This document shows, piece after piece, positions 53,301 to 64,000 of a stretch of 64,000 bases of DNA. The stretch is taken from assembly GCA_964016885.1 (NCBI GenBank), contig OZ024746.1, positions 68,324,001 through 68,388,000 of the forward strand, in the 5' to 3' direction. Every line of letters begins with the position of its first letter. Position 1 is the first letter of the stretch. This DNA comes from Eledone cirrhosa. Taxonomy: Eukaryota. The notes under the pieces are model-generated. The model saw only the letters and a list, made by a program, of their open reading frames with translations. It was not told the DNA's origin and made no database searches. Position numbers and translations under genes: made by a program.

Positions 53301-53400
53301 CTTACCTTATTACTATTCAAAAATATAATAGGTTCTTACTTACCTGTAAAGAAAATGAAAACAAAAGCCATATATTATTTGTTAATAAAAAGCATATATC
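53301..53400 (-). other. Candidate recursive splice site (3'ss fused to 5'ss) with downstream alternative donor
   Basis: (-) TATTAAC...CTTTTGTTTTCATTTTCTTTACAG|GTAAGT, then AAG|GTAAGA 38 nt downstream. Confidence 0.45.
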
Positions 53401-55869
53401 GTTTTTGTATTCAAATATCTATTATATTTAAACACACATATTTACATATTATACATTTTTGAAAAATTTACATAAACAATTTATCTTAAATATCCATCTT
53501 TTTACCACTGAAAACTCAATGTAGATTAGAGTCAATTTATGCAGCTGTAATAATAGTCAATATATTAAGTAACTTATCTAAGGTAGAGAAAAGAACAGGA
53601 AAAATTTAACATAGAAGCTACAAAATGTGATTTTGTCTAAATAAGAATAATTTTGTTTTTAATGTTCAATTAGTAACTTCTGATATTATTTTAGTAGCAT
53701 CATCATCATTATGTCTGCTTTTTTATGCTTTTACAACATGGGTAGAATGAGACTTTTTGAGGAAGTGAATTTATAGCTAGATGCCTTTCCTGGGTCAATC
53801 TATACTTTATAAACATAGTATATGCCACTCATCTTTGTTGAACTGTTACACAGTGAGTTTTTTTAATTATTATGAAAGACACAAACACATGTCCCCAGTG
53901 CCTGCATCTTGTATGGTATAATAACACATCTCTGAATCAATTGTGGTTGTTTAGCACCAGATTTAATAGATCCTTGATTAAAGGCATTCAAGCTGCTGTA
54001 ACTTATCTCTTTTAAGATGGTAGGCTGTGACTGGCAGGATGGTACACTGCTATTTCTAACATGCTGAACAGCCATATAGAGGCTCCCTTATAGGTTTATT
54101 TTTCAGTTAGTTTTCAAATGAGGAAGACAAAGATTCTAGCTCATATATCAGAATGTCACAAAATAAGCACCTCAATATAACCTTTCTTACAGTAACCAAG
54201 CATGGATTAACCATTAAACAATATAAACACATCATTTAACCATCAAGGGAAAGAGGTACCACAGATATTTTCGATGGTGCAAATGATGAATTACAACAAT
54301 AGTTTTTTAATAATAAAATTGTACTGAATTTAATTTTTCTGTTCCTGCTGACTTAGTTACATTAAAAATCAGGTATGCTGTAAAATGGTTGTGTTAGGAA
54401 AAGCATCCAGCCATATATACCAAGCCGAAACAAAGTGCACCAGCATAACTTATTCACCTGGCCAGACTGGTCTCAGCATGTGACAGCTGTTTATCTTATA
54501 CACGCATGGAAAATAGAAATTAAACAGTGATGATAATATAGTTGTGGGGTCTGGCCAGTGAAATGGCCAGGAAGAAAACTGAATTGTTAATCTATTATTT
54601 CACATTCAGCACCTTATTATGTCTTACTTTCATGTCAGTTAGACAACGGTAGGTTCAAAGAGGCATCACTGCTGGGCTGTGCTTAAGAAATCATCTGAAC
54701 CTGGGTCTAGTTGTGACAAATCATAATTTATTTCAATGAAATTTATTAACCAAACAGAATAAATTTGTAAAATACCAAGAATAATTGGCAAACTCTTTTT
54801 TCCAACCTATAGTCTTATATATATATATATAAATCAGAAAACAGTCCAGCTTCCATGACTTTTGGAAACATTTTTTATCTTGCTCAGAGTTGCTGAAGCA
54901 AGGAACAAACTACGTGCATCAGTTGTTAGCTGTTGGGACACTGCATCCTTCAAAACTTCCATGCTTCCTGAAAGTCGCCAACACTATATTCCCCCTCCAT
55001 ACACATGCACGTATATGTGTGTATATATATCATGACCCATACACTGCTCACTTTCCTGACATTTGTATATTATTCTATGTACTACACATGCACCTTTGAT
55101 GAATTGTAGTGTACCTGAGCACTGAACACAATCATTTTTATTATTATTATATATATTTTCTTTTGACAATCATTAATTTCTCGCATTAGAAAAATGAAAT
55201 ATAGTGACTTCATTAGGTTCTGCATGAGACACTATAGAATATTTAGTTTCTTTTAAATTTTATTCATTCCTGCTAGGACATGTTTAACATTTCATCACTC
55301 AGATCTTAAACAAATATGCAAGATTTTAACTGACTATACTTGTTCCACAACAAAAGAATGCTTTTCTGTCTTATCAAAACAAATCAATTTTGAGAAATAA
55401 ACTTTAAAGGAAATGCTACTAGCTAAAGATTATATATATAAATCATTTCAGCTTAGTGTTTGACAGATTATTTCTATTATTTAACCAGAGTTCTCTCTAA
55501 GGTAATCCAGCTGAAATGTTTTTACAATCAGCCACCAATCTTACAACTCAGCACCATGGTTAAGTACACATCTATCACAGTCTCATACCAACAAAGCATT
55601 GAGAGTTATATTAAATAGATGGAAACTGTCCAGGAAGTTGTCAAAGGTGTGTGTGTGTGTATTTCTTTATACGGTTTTTTGCTTAAGGCTACCTGGGTGA
55701 CAGATTAATTATGCCATCCAAGAACAGAAACAATGTCTTCAATAAAATTCCACACAGTTTCTATTGAGTAAACTTCACACAGAAAACTTTAGTTGACCCA
55801 AAGTTATGGTTGAAGATGCCCACACAGTTACAAAACAAACTTCTTAACCACAAATCAATATCTGCAATC

Positions 55870-56330
55870 ATATCATCATCATCATTTTACATTCACTTTT
55901 CACTGCTTGCAAAGGCGGCATGGGTCCTCTGCAGCACAGCATCTCTCCATTCGTTATGGTCCTTCATCATCTCCTCTGTGAGCTTCAGCAAACTGAGATC
56001 AGCTCTCACCACCTCCACCAGTGGTTTTCCTGGTCTTCCTTCCACCAGGATTTCTTGGCACTTCTTCACCCAGTGGTCATCTTCCATGCACATCACATGG
56101 CCATACCAACGCAGTCTTCTCTCCTGCACACTACAGTTTATTCCTCTTATACACAGTTTCACTCTCAACTCATCCATGCTTGGTCATTCATGCACATTCA
56201 CATTGCACATCCATCGGAGTATGCTGGTTTCATTTCTTTCCAGCTTCCGCATCTTCTGCACTTGCTGCCCATGTCTCACTACCGTGCAGAATCGTGCATC
56301 TCACACAGGCATCATACAACCAACTTTTCA
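55870..56330 (-). mobile_element. Older RTE-clade LINE 3' fragment
   Basis: [31 protein letters not shown] plus a (GAT)n tail. Confidence 0.8.
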
Positions 56331-56544
56331 TATATTTACAAGAAAATATCCTATTGGCATTATTTATAGTGATTATTTACAGTGGTATTTATCACTGGAG
56401 AGGAACAGGCAGATAGAAGATTAGGCTGCAGCATCAGCCAACAGTATGGAATAGTTACTAATGTTGTTATTGGGGAAAAGAATGAAGCATAGATATATAA
56501 TCCCAAAATACGCCAAAACTACACCTGATGTACCCCTTCCATAC

Positions 56545-56828
56545 ACATGCACACATGCACACATGTGTGTATCATGACTCGTGCACTGTTCATTTTACTG
56601 ATGTTTGTGCATTGCCCTATGTACTGTACATGCACTTTTTTGATGAGTTGTGGTGCACCTGGGCACTGTGCACAATATTTCGTTATTGTTATTATATCAT
56701 GACTCATACACTGTTTATTTTCCTGACATTTGTACATTATTCTATGTACTATACATGCACCTTTGATGAGTTGTAGTGCACCTGAGCACTGTACACAATA
56801 ATTTCATTATTATTATATTATTATTATA
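56545..56828 (+). mobile_element. Two tandem copies of an unclassified retroposon 3' tail with stem-loop and (TTA)n; also at about 55000-55150 and 43155-43230(-)
   Basis: ...GCACCTTTGATGAGTTGTAGTGCACCTGAGCACTGTACACAATAATTTCATTATTATT repeated. Confidence 0.6.
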
Positions 56829-56910
56829 ATTTAGGAAACTGAAGTCCTTCAATTTTTTAGATGTCCTTCACCTATGGTAAATGTTTGCCATTAATTATGA
56901 TGTCGATTAT

Positions 56911-57113
56911 GGCGGTGGATTGGCAGTATCGGTAGAGAGTCGGACGCCATGCTTTACAGCACAGTTACATCCCTTTACAGACTGTGTTCAAATCCCGTCG
57001 AGGTTAACTTTGCCTTTCATCCTTACGGGGTCGATAAAATAAAGTACCGGTACTGGGTAATTGTACCAGCACTGGGTAATTGCTGGCCTTGTGCCAAAAG
57101 TAGAAACAATTAT
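56911..57113 (+). mobile_element. SINE family A copy; a short 3' fragment follows at 57245-57300 with a 20-bp TSD
   Basis: Family consensus match; ATTATATTGATCTGGTTGAA at 57225-57244 and 57300-57319. Confidence 0.82.
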
Positions 57114-60019
57114 TTTCTAATGACATAGAATTTAGTTTTCTACATGCCTTAGTGTAGTCAGTTTGGTAGCAAATTTTTAGGACAAATACAACTTTTAAGA
57201 TATAGATTTGCCAGAAAATGTAGCATTATATTGATCTGGTTGAATAAAGTACCAGTAATGCACTGGATAATTGCTGGCCTTGTGCCTAACGTAGAAACAA
57301 TTATATTGATCTGGTTGAAGTTTATTAAAACAAAATATTTAAATATATGGTAACATCATTGCTTTAAACCAAATTTGTAACACCCCAACAGATGAATATT
57401 TCAAAAATAGATGATGAAAAACTATGTTCAAGCCTTAAAGTTAAAAAGTGATTTAGTCGAAGTCGCTTATCTAAGAATATTTTAAAAGTAAATATTCATT
57501 ATTATTCCAAGCACAGAGATATTCCATGCATGTTCTTATATACTTGAAATTTATTTCATCAATATCATCATCATCCTATAACATCAATTCCTCAATCTGG
57601 TATGTGCTAGATGGCTCTTCATATTCTATGCCTGTTCTTACTTAGGTTTACTGCCCCCACCCACACCACCTAACTAAGATGGGTTGGCAGACCACATTTC
57701 GTTTCTACTTCAAATTTTGCTTTGGTTTCTTTAATTTGATACTCTTAGTAACATGAACCACTTTACAGGATGTAATCTATGTATTTTATCGTGGTACCAT
57801 TACTAGAAATGCTGCAATGTCCTCTGCCAGACTAAAAGACCCTTTCAACTTTGTTATCCCTGCCCCCTTTTATGGCTTTTAATAATCCCCTCCAAGGGTG
57901 GTATGCACCCTCGCCACTGTTCTGAATTATTCATCAACATAACCATCAAAACAAGCAGCTTAATATATTTTAGTTGCTTTCCATGTTACTAAAAGTTTAA
58001 TATGTCTCTAATATTGCTTTTCTCTTTAGTCAGAAGAGGAGGTTAGCCAGCCTAAGTCACTTTTTAGGATCATTGAAACTTGTTGAGAGAAGGGTCGAAT
58101 TTATCCAGAAACCAGAGACCTAATCCAAATACTTACACCAGTGTGGACTCTGCCAAAATTTCCTTGACACAAGGTGGTGATATTGATGTTAAACTGCTTA
58201 ACTGATTAAGTGTACTGCTTAATAAAGGAATAGTCCTTCTAATAGGCTTCCACACAGTTTTCATTTACCAAATTTTACTCACAAACTTGGGTCAAACCAA
58301 AGCTGTTGTAAAATAAACTTATCAAAGGTGCAGTGGTGTCAAAGTTGCAAAGCAAACTTCTTAACCAGACATCCATATCGAATTATATTTGAACATTAAA
58401 AAATATTGTGTAACATAAATCTTGTCCAAATGCTTGCAGCATAGTGGACTGTGTCATAGGCAGCTATGTACCACATGGTGGTGTTAAACTGGGTGACTGA
58501 TTAATTCTGCTACCCAGGTGTGGAAACAGCTCATCCAATGATGTTTGTTTTACCAAGTTTCACTCACATGGTTTTGGTTGATGTAGGGTTATAGAAGACA
58601 CTTGTCTAAGACATAGGCAGTGAGATTAAACTCACAACTGCATAGCTGCAAAACAAACATAATAACCACACAGTAAAGACACTGTTCCTAATCCTAGATT
58701 AGTTGTCCTATTACCTTTAATTCTCTTAGACAACTGCAGACTACTACACAAGTCTTTAACTTTCTTGCACTTCTTCAGTTATTTCTAATCAACAGTAATA
58801 CTAACAGTTCTTACATCTCTCTATGGAAGTCTTAAATCAGCAATCTTCATTTCCTAATCCATACCAAGCATGTTTATTATTACAGATAAAGACTGTAAGT
58901 CATTTCCCACACACATTAAGATAATTTAATTAACAGCTGTCTATAGATAGTAGTAGATGATGATGATGGAGGTGATGGTGGGTGTGGAGGGGGTATTGGT
59001 GGTGGCAATGGTGATGATGATTAAGTTAGGTTGCAGCACAAAGGCACAAAAGGATCTTAGCTTCTTTGTTGCAAACCTCTCTTTTACCAAGAGAGAGAGG
59101 GGGGAGAGAGGGGGGAGGGAGAAAGAGAGCAAGGGAGAGCTAGAGAGAGAGAGAGAGCAAAAGAGAGAGAGTGAGAGCAAGAGAGAGAGTGAGAGCAAGA
59201 GAGAGAGTGAGAGCAAGAGAGAGTGAGAGCAAGAGAGAGAGCAAGAGACAGACATGGAAAAGAGGAACTCTGAATGACACCTCTTTCCACATAGAAACAC
59301 ACACATACTAACACACTAAGACACACATACTCTACTATACACAAGCCTATGTTTAATATATAACATAGACAACACAACTACAATAACTGATGGATATTTG
59401 TTAAGGAGCCATTGGATATTTGTTAAGGAGATAGCAAACCTCCTTGTGAAGTGAAAGCAGGAAATGTAGAGAAGAATAGGTTGAGTCTTCCCTGCAGCTG
59501 TTGATATTGTGAGAGAGGAAGAAGGGGGGGGGGGTAGATGTGATGATGGTGATATTGATGGTGATGATGAGGATGAGCAAAATCAGATGATAGATGGGAT
59601 AGAGCAAAATCAGATGATAGATGGGATATTGATGATGATAGTGATGATGAGGTGTGAGATGGAGTGGCTGTAGATATAATGATAATGGCAATGATGATGA
59701 CAGCAATGATGATAATGGTGGTGCTGGTGGTGGTGGTGTTGGTTGTGTTTATGGTGGGAGTGTTAATGGTGGTGGTATTCATGAGAATATTATGACGAAG
59801 ATAAAGGTGATGATGATGATGATGAATAAAAGAATGGTGACAGTGATATACATAAGATGTTCCATGATGGTGGTGGTAGTAGTAGTAGTAGTTTTTGTAG
59901 TGGTGGCATTGAGATGATTTGGGCAGCAGTAGTAATAGTAGCAGTAGTAGTGGTGATATGAAAGAGAGTAATGATATTTATTTATAATTAAAATTCAAGA
60001 AGAATTTACAAGGAGGTGA

Positions 60020-60245
60020 CAGTAATCAATGTTGTAAGTGTTGACAGTTGAGTTAAGCAGTGATTAACAGGTTAGTGTCAAAACAGTTACAACTGACAAC
60101 TCAATTTCTTTCTTGTCCAATAGACATTATATGCCAACCAAATAGCCAATCAATACACAGCTCCTATTTTATTTATTGTAGTTTATTTTATTTAACAATT
60201 GGTGAAATCAACAGTCGCATTGGTTTCTAATAGGCCAATCAGTAG
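60020..60245. promoter_or_regulatory. Cluster of five CCAAT/ATTGG boxes preceded by TGACA(G)-type motifs; candidate promoter or enhancer
   Basis: CCAAT at 60117, 60146, 60235; ATTGG at 60198, 60219; nearby GTGACAG, TTGACAG, TGATTAACAG. Confidence 0.3.
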
Positions 60246-60261
60246 TCAATATATTTTTAAT

Positions 60262-60452
60262 GGTGAGTGGATTGGCAGTATCGGTAGAGGGTCGGACGCC
60301 ATGCTTTGCAGCATAGAGTTTCGGCCCTTTATGGTCTGAGTTCAAATCTCGCCGAGGTTAACTTTGCCTTTCATCCTTACGGGATCGATAAAATAAAGTA
60401 CTAATAATGTACTGGGATTATTGCTGGCCCTGTGCCAAAAGAAGAAACAATA
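60262..60452 (+). mobile_element. SINE family A copy
   Basis: A box TGGCAGTATCGG, B box GAGTTCAAATCTC, family 3' end. Confidence 0.85.
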
Positions 60453-60480
60453 TATTTGTAATGGTGAGACTGACATAGGA

Positions 60481-60560
<80 letters not shown>

Positions 60561-60563
<3 letters not shown>

Positions 60564-61441
60564 GGTGCGGACGATATTTGTTCGCAATTTTCAACTGCTA
60601 ATTTTATGCAATTTTTTTTTACTTCCGTTGTCACTCTTGTCTTCATAAAAACAGTGACTATATTTCCATTATTTATTTTCAGAATAATTGATTATGGATA
60701 ATTTTAAATCTCCAAGTTTGTGGAAGAGACACAGAGTTCTTCTTGGAATCCATGCCGGGAGGACAAATAAGACCAGAAGATCAACTCCCAGAACAACAGG
60801 TGACTCGCTGTCTTATCCAAAGATGTTCCCAGAGTCATGTTTCCAGCGATAACATTGGTCTTAGGTGTCGTCGGCAGTCAAGGTGACGTCATGCCACCTC
60901 AGTTCTTCTCTGAGGGCCTCAAGCTGAACACCGATGGCTACATCTGCGTTCTGAGCAAGGTAGTAAAGCCCTGGATCGACCAGGTAGCTGCAGGTAGGCC
61001 GTACGTGTGGCAGCAAGACTCACCGCCTTGCCATACCAGCTGAAAGACCCAAGCCGGGCTGTCAGAGAGCTTCGTCGAACAAACTTCACCTGACATCTGG
61101 CCTCCCAACTCACCTGACTGCAACCGCCTCGACTTCTTTGTGTGGGGCGCAGTGGAACAAGATACCAACAGATCTAGCTGCAATACGAAAGACGATCTGA
61201 AGGCCAGGATCACAAGTTCCTATAGGGGCCTAAGTTGGGAGACAGTGACGAAGGCCTGTAGCCGGTTCCGAGGCCGCCTTGAGGCCGTCATCAAAGCCAA
61301 TGGCGGGTTTATCAAGTGAGATCGAAAGAACAAGTCATGAAGTCAAACTGCCCCAAGTTTGATAAATAAATCTTAAAAAATAAAACTAGTGTTATTTTTT
61401 CATAGACAGTAATCTTGCGAACAAATATCGTCTGCACCCTG
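60561..61441 (+). mobile_element. Second DD37D (maT-like) copy, internally deleted, in a (TA)n array
   Basis: Same TIRs and colinear with 37854-39153, but joins GGACAAATAA directly to GACCAGAAGA. Confidence 0.9.
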
Positions 61442-61525
61442 TATATATATATATATATGTGTGTGTGTGTATATATATACATATATATGTGTGTATATAT
61501 ATATATGTGTGTGTATGTATATATG

Positions 61526-61556
<31 letters not shown>

Positions 61557-61856
61557 GTGTGTGTGTATGTGTGTGTGTGTATATATATATATATATAACT
61601 TTGATAGGTTTCAGTCAGTATTGACCTAGGCCAATGCCACAGAAACCAGGATAAGCAAAGGCCTAATGAGCTTATGGGCTCAAGACAGACTTCAGACGTT
61701 TTTAATATTGCTCAACTCTAGGAAGAAGACATTTTCTAAGGTGCAATGCAGTAGGACTGAACATAGAACCATGAAGTTGCAAAGCAAGCCCATTACTCAC
61801 ATAGCCATACCTGTGCTTTAAAAATATAAAATAAAATAAAATAATATAACGAAGCA

Positions 61857-62170
61857 ATAATTGTTTCTACTTTAGGCACAAGGCCAGCAATTACCCAGTG
61901 CATAACGAAGCAATAATGATACATAGATAACTTCATTTAATTTCAATTCGGAAATATAATACCACAGCCTAGATAATTTAATTGCTTCTACTTTTGGCAC
62001 AAGGCCAGCAATTATCCAGGGTATTACTGGTACTTTATTTTATCAACCCCATAAGGATGAAAGGCAAAGTTAACCTTGGCAGGATTTGAACTCAGATTAT
62101 AAAGGGCCGTAACTCTTTGCTGCAAAGCATGGCGTCCGATGCTCTACCGATACTGCCAATCCACCGCCCT
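61857..62170 (-). mobile_element. SINE family A: short fragment with TSD (ATAACGAAGCAATAAT) and a full copy at 61979-62170
   Basis: Family consensus match and direct repeats flanking the fragment. Confidence 0.82.
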
Positions 62171-63391
62171 ATTAGATAATATAATGCATACATTTCTTTT
62201 ATAATGGTTCACTCTCGCAACTGCTGTAACAGTAATGGCAATAATCTACAAACTTCTTCAATTACTGCTACATTCTCTTAGAGCTTAGTTCAAGCTCATG
62301 TAGCTAATCATTTTTGTTATCTCTACTGCACTAAACAGCTACTCATTAACTATTTCCTTAAGGCCAGCAAATGTATAAAAAATAAAGTTGTGTTTTAGAT
62401 AACATGTAATCCCATTAAAACAGAATTTTATTTTTTTGCCATCAATTTTCTTTCCCCCAATCATAATAGTTGAAATGTAATTGCAAACGTTAAAATATAA
62501 AACATTTATTCAAGTTTGTTTATATATTCTGTGAAAGACAAAACATATTTTTAAAATAAATAAAAGGTGTTAATCGAAAATGTTGAAGGTATTTTCAATT
62601 AGATACTTTGTTTAATTATGTATAGTACAAACTGTAGATAGTTTTCCCCTTTAGCCATGTTCAATTAACTCAAACACAGCTTTGTCACAGCTTCTGATAA
62701 CAAATGTTTTTTTTTTTGTTAGTTTATTTTTTATGGAGTGGGTTGTTGTTAATGGTGGTGATGATGATGAATGTGATGTTGAATTTGATGATGGTGGTGT
62801 TGATGAAGGATGGTGATTAGATGGAGAAACCAGCAATTAAATAAAATATTACGCAACCTAGCAGGAGAAAAAGGCTCACTTTTATTTTAAAATTGACAAT
62901 TAACCATTGCAGTATTAGTTAACAAGTATTAATGAAATAAATACATATTGAGTACCTTTTCTATTCAGACGGAGTCAGAACTTTAAATAAACATTGCCAC
63001 AAATCAATGATAATTAAGAATATATTGCTTCATTTGTTTATCAAAGACAAAATATTGTCTGCTCTCTTTAACTAGGTGGACTTTAATGAATAAATGGGTG
63101 TTGCCACTCCTCCTTGCACTAATAAATATATAAATAATATTCTATAAATTCATTAAAAGAATATTGAAATATTTACAAATTCAACTCAAAAGTTACGTGT
63201 GAAAAAGAAAAAATATATTTAAACACGGGTATTATTTTTTATGTTTTATCTCTTAATTTATATATTTTAACAAATAAAATGTTATTTTCAAGCTTGTCTG
63301 TTATGGATTTTTTAAAGCATTTTAAAGTTATTTGACAGACATGTAAATTACACACACAAATATATATACAACCATATGCACATAAACAATT

Positions 63392-63600
63392 TTAACCCTT
63401 TAGCATTTTGCCAATTTTAACATTACTCTATATTCCGTTTTATATTTTTGTGGTAAAGGCTTTATCTTACATAATTATGTCACATAATATTAAAGCTATG
63501 AGATTTTGATGTTATTTATTTTGAGAACAATACTTAAACATCTGTATTAGCGGCTGGTTAAGGCTGGTTTGAACAGAAAGAGGTGAGAGAATTCTGGCTG
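63392..63600. mobile_element. piggyBac-type MITE, reverse orientation, one end lost
   Basis: TTAACCCTTTAGCATTT; internal sequence is the reverse complement of the 46747 copy. Confidence 0.65.
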
Positions 63601-64000
63601 TGTTTATATTCCAATATACAATGAAAATTTTGAGACATTTGCTGGAGCTGTGTCACTAATAACGAGGTTCTTGTCATTGTTGGCAGCTCACCTTACTGAC
63701 ATTTCAGGTTATGCCTGTGAGGGTTTGGTTATTCCAGTGTCTTAGTCTTGTTATCACCCTCAGCAATGCTGCGAGTGTGTTTTCTTGTCTAGAAAATTAT
63801 TAGAGGAAAACTGCACCACCTCTTATTGTGGTGTATGATTGAGTGTGTGTGTGTGTCTTCTCCCACGCTTTTATTTATACATATATATATTATTCATTTG
63901 TTTGCATTCTATTGAAATAAATATTGCTTTTTCATGAAAATTTTATTCCGTTAAACAATAATATTTTATATATACCATGATATTTAACAGATTTCCATAA

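Noticed and set aside
58130-58205. Minus-strand peptide ITTLCQGNFGRVHTG ending at GT|GTAAGT, resembling a kinase Gly-rich loop exon
   Set aside because: Weak acceptor, first Gly replaced by Cys, upstream part resembles other local repeat-like sequence (about 58480), and no other kinase exons seen.

Overview
AT-rich, microsatellite- and transposon-dense eukaryotic DNA with no recognisable host protein-coding exon. It reads as a large intron or intergenic region. The repeat repertoire resembles what I recall from Octopus genomes; that is an inference, not checked. The first 8.6 kb holds two non-LTR retrotransposons tail-to-tail inside one split (TAA)n microsatellite: a 5'-truncated R4/Dong-type RT-RLE element (+) and an apparently full-length but mutated L1/Tx1-clade element (-). 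The rest contains RTE, CRE-like and CR1/Jockey-like LINE fragments, a DD34D mariner, two DD37D (maT-type) copies, a hAT fossil, hAT and piggyBac-type MITEs, a non-autonomous Helitron and many tRNA-derived SINEs. The most notable items are: several unrelated short inverted-repeat elements each carrying a hammerhead-ribozyme core (Penelope-like), a candidate recursive splice site with a 38-nt RS-exon on the minus strand, a 3'-end resemblance between the Tx1 LINE and the dominant SINE, a bipartite non-autonomous RTE, and a five-CCAAT-box cluster. Most short ORFs in the track are microsatellite or antisense artefacts. All folds and alignments were done by eye.
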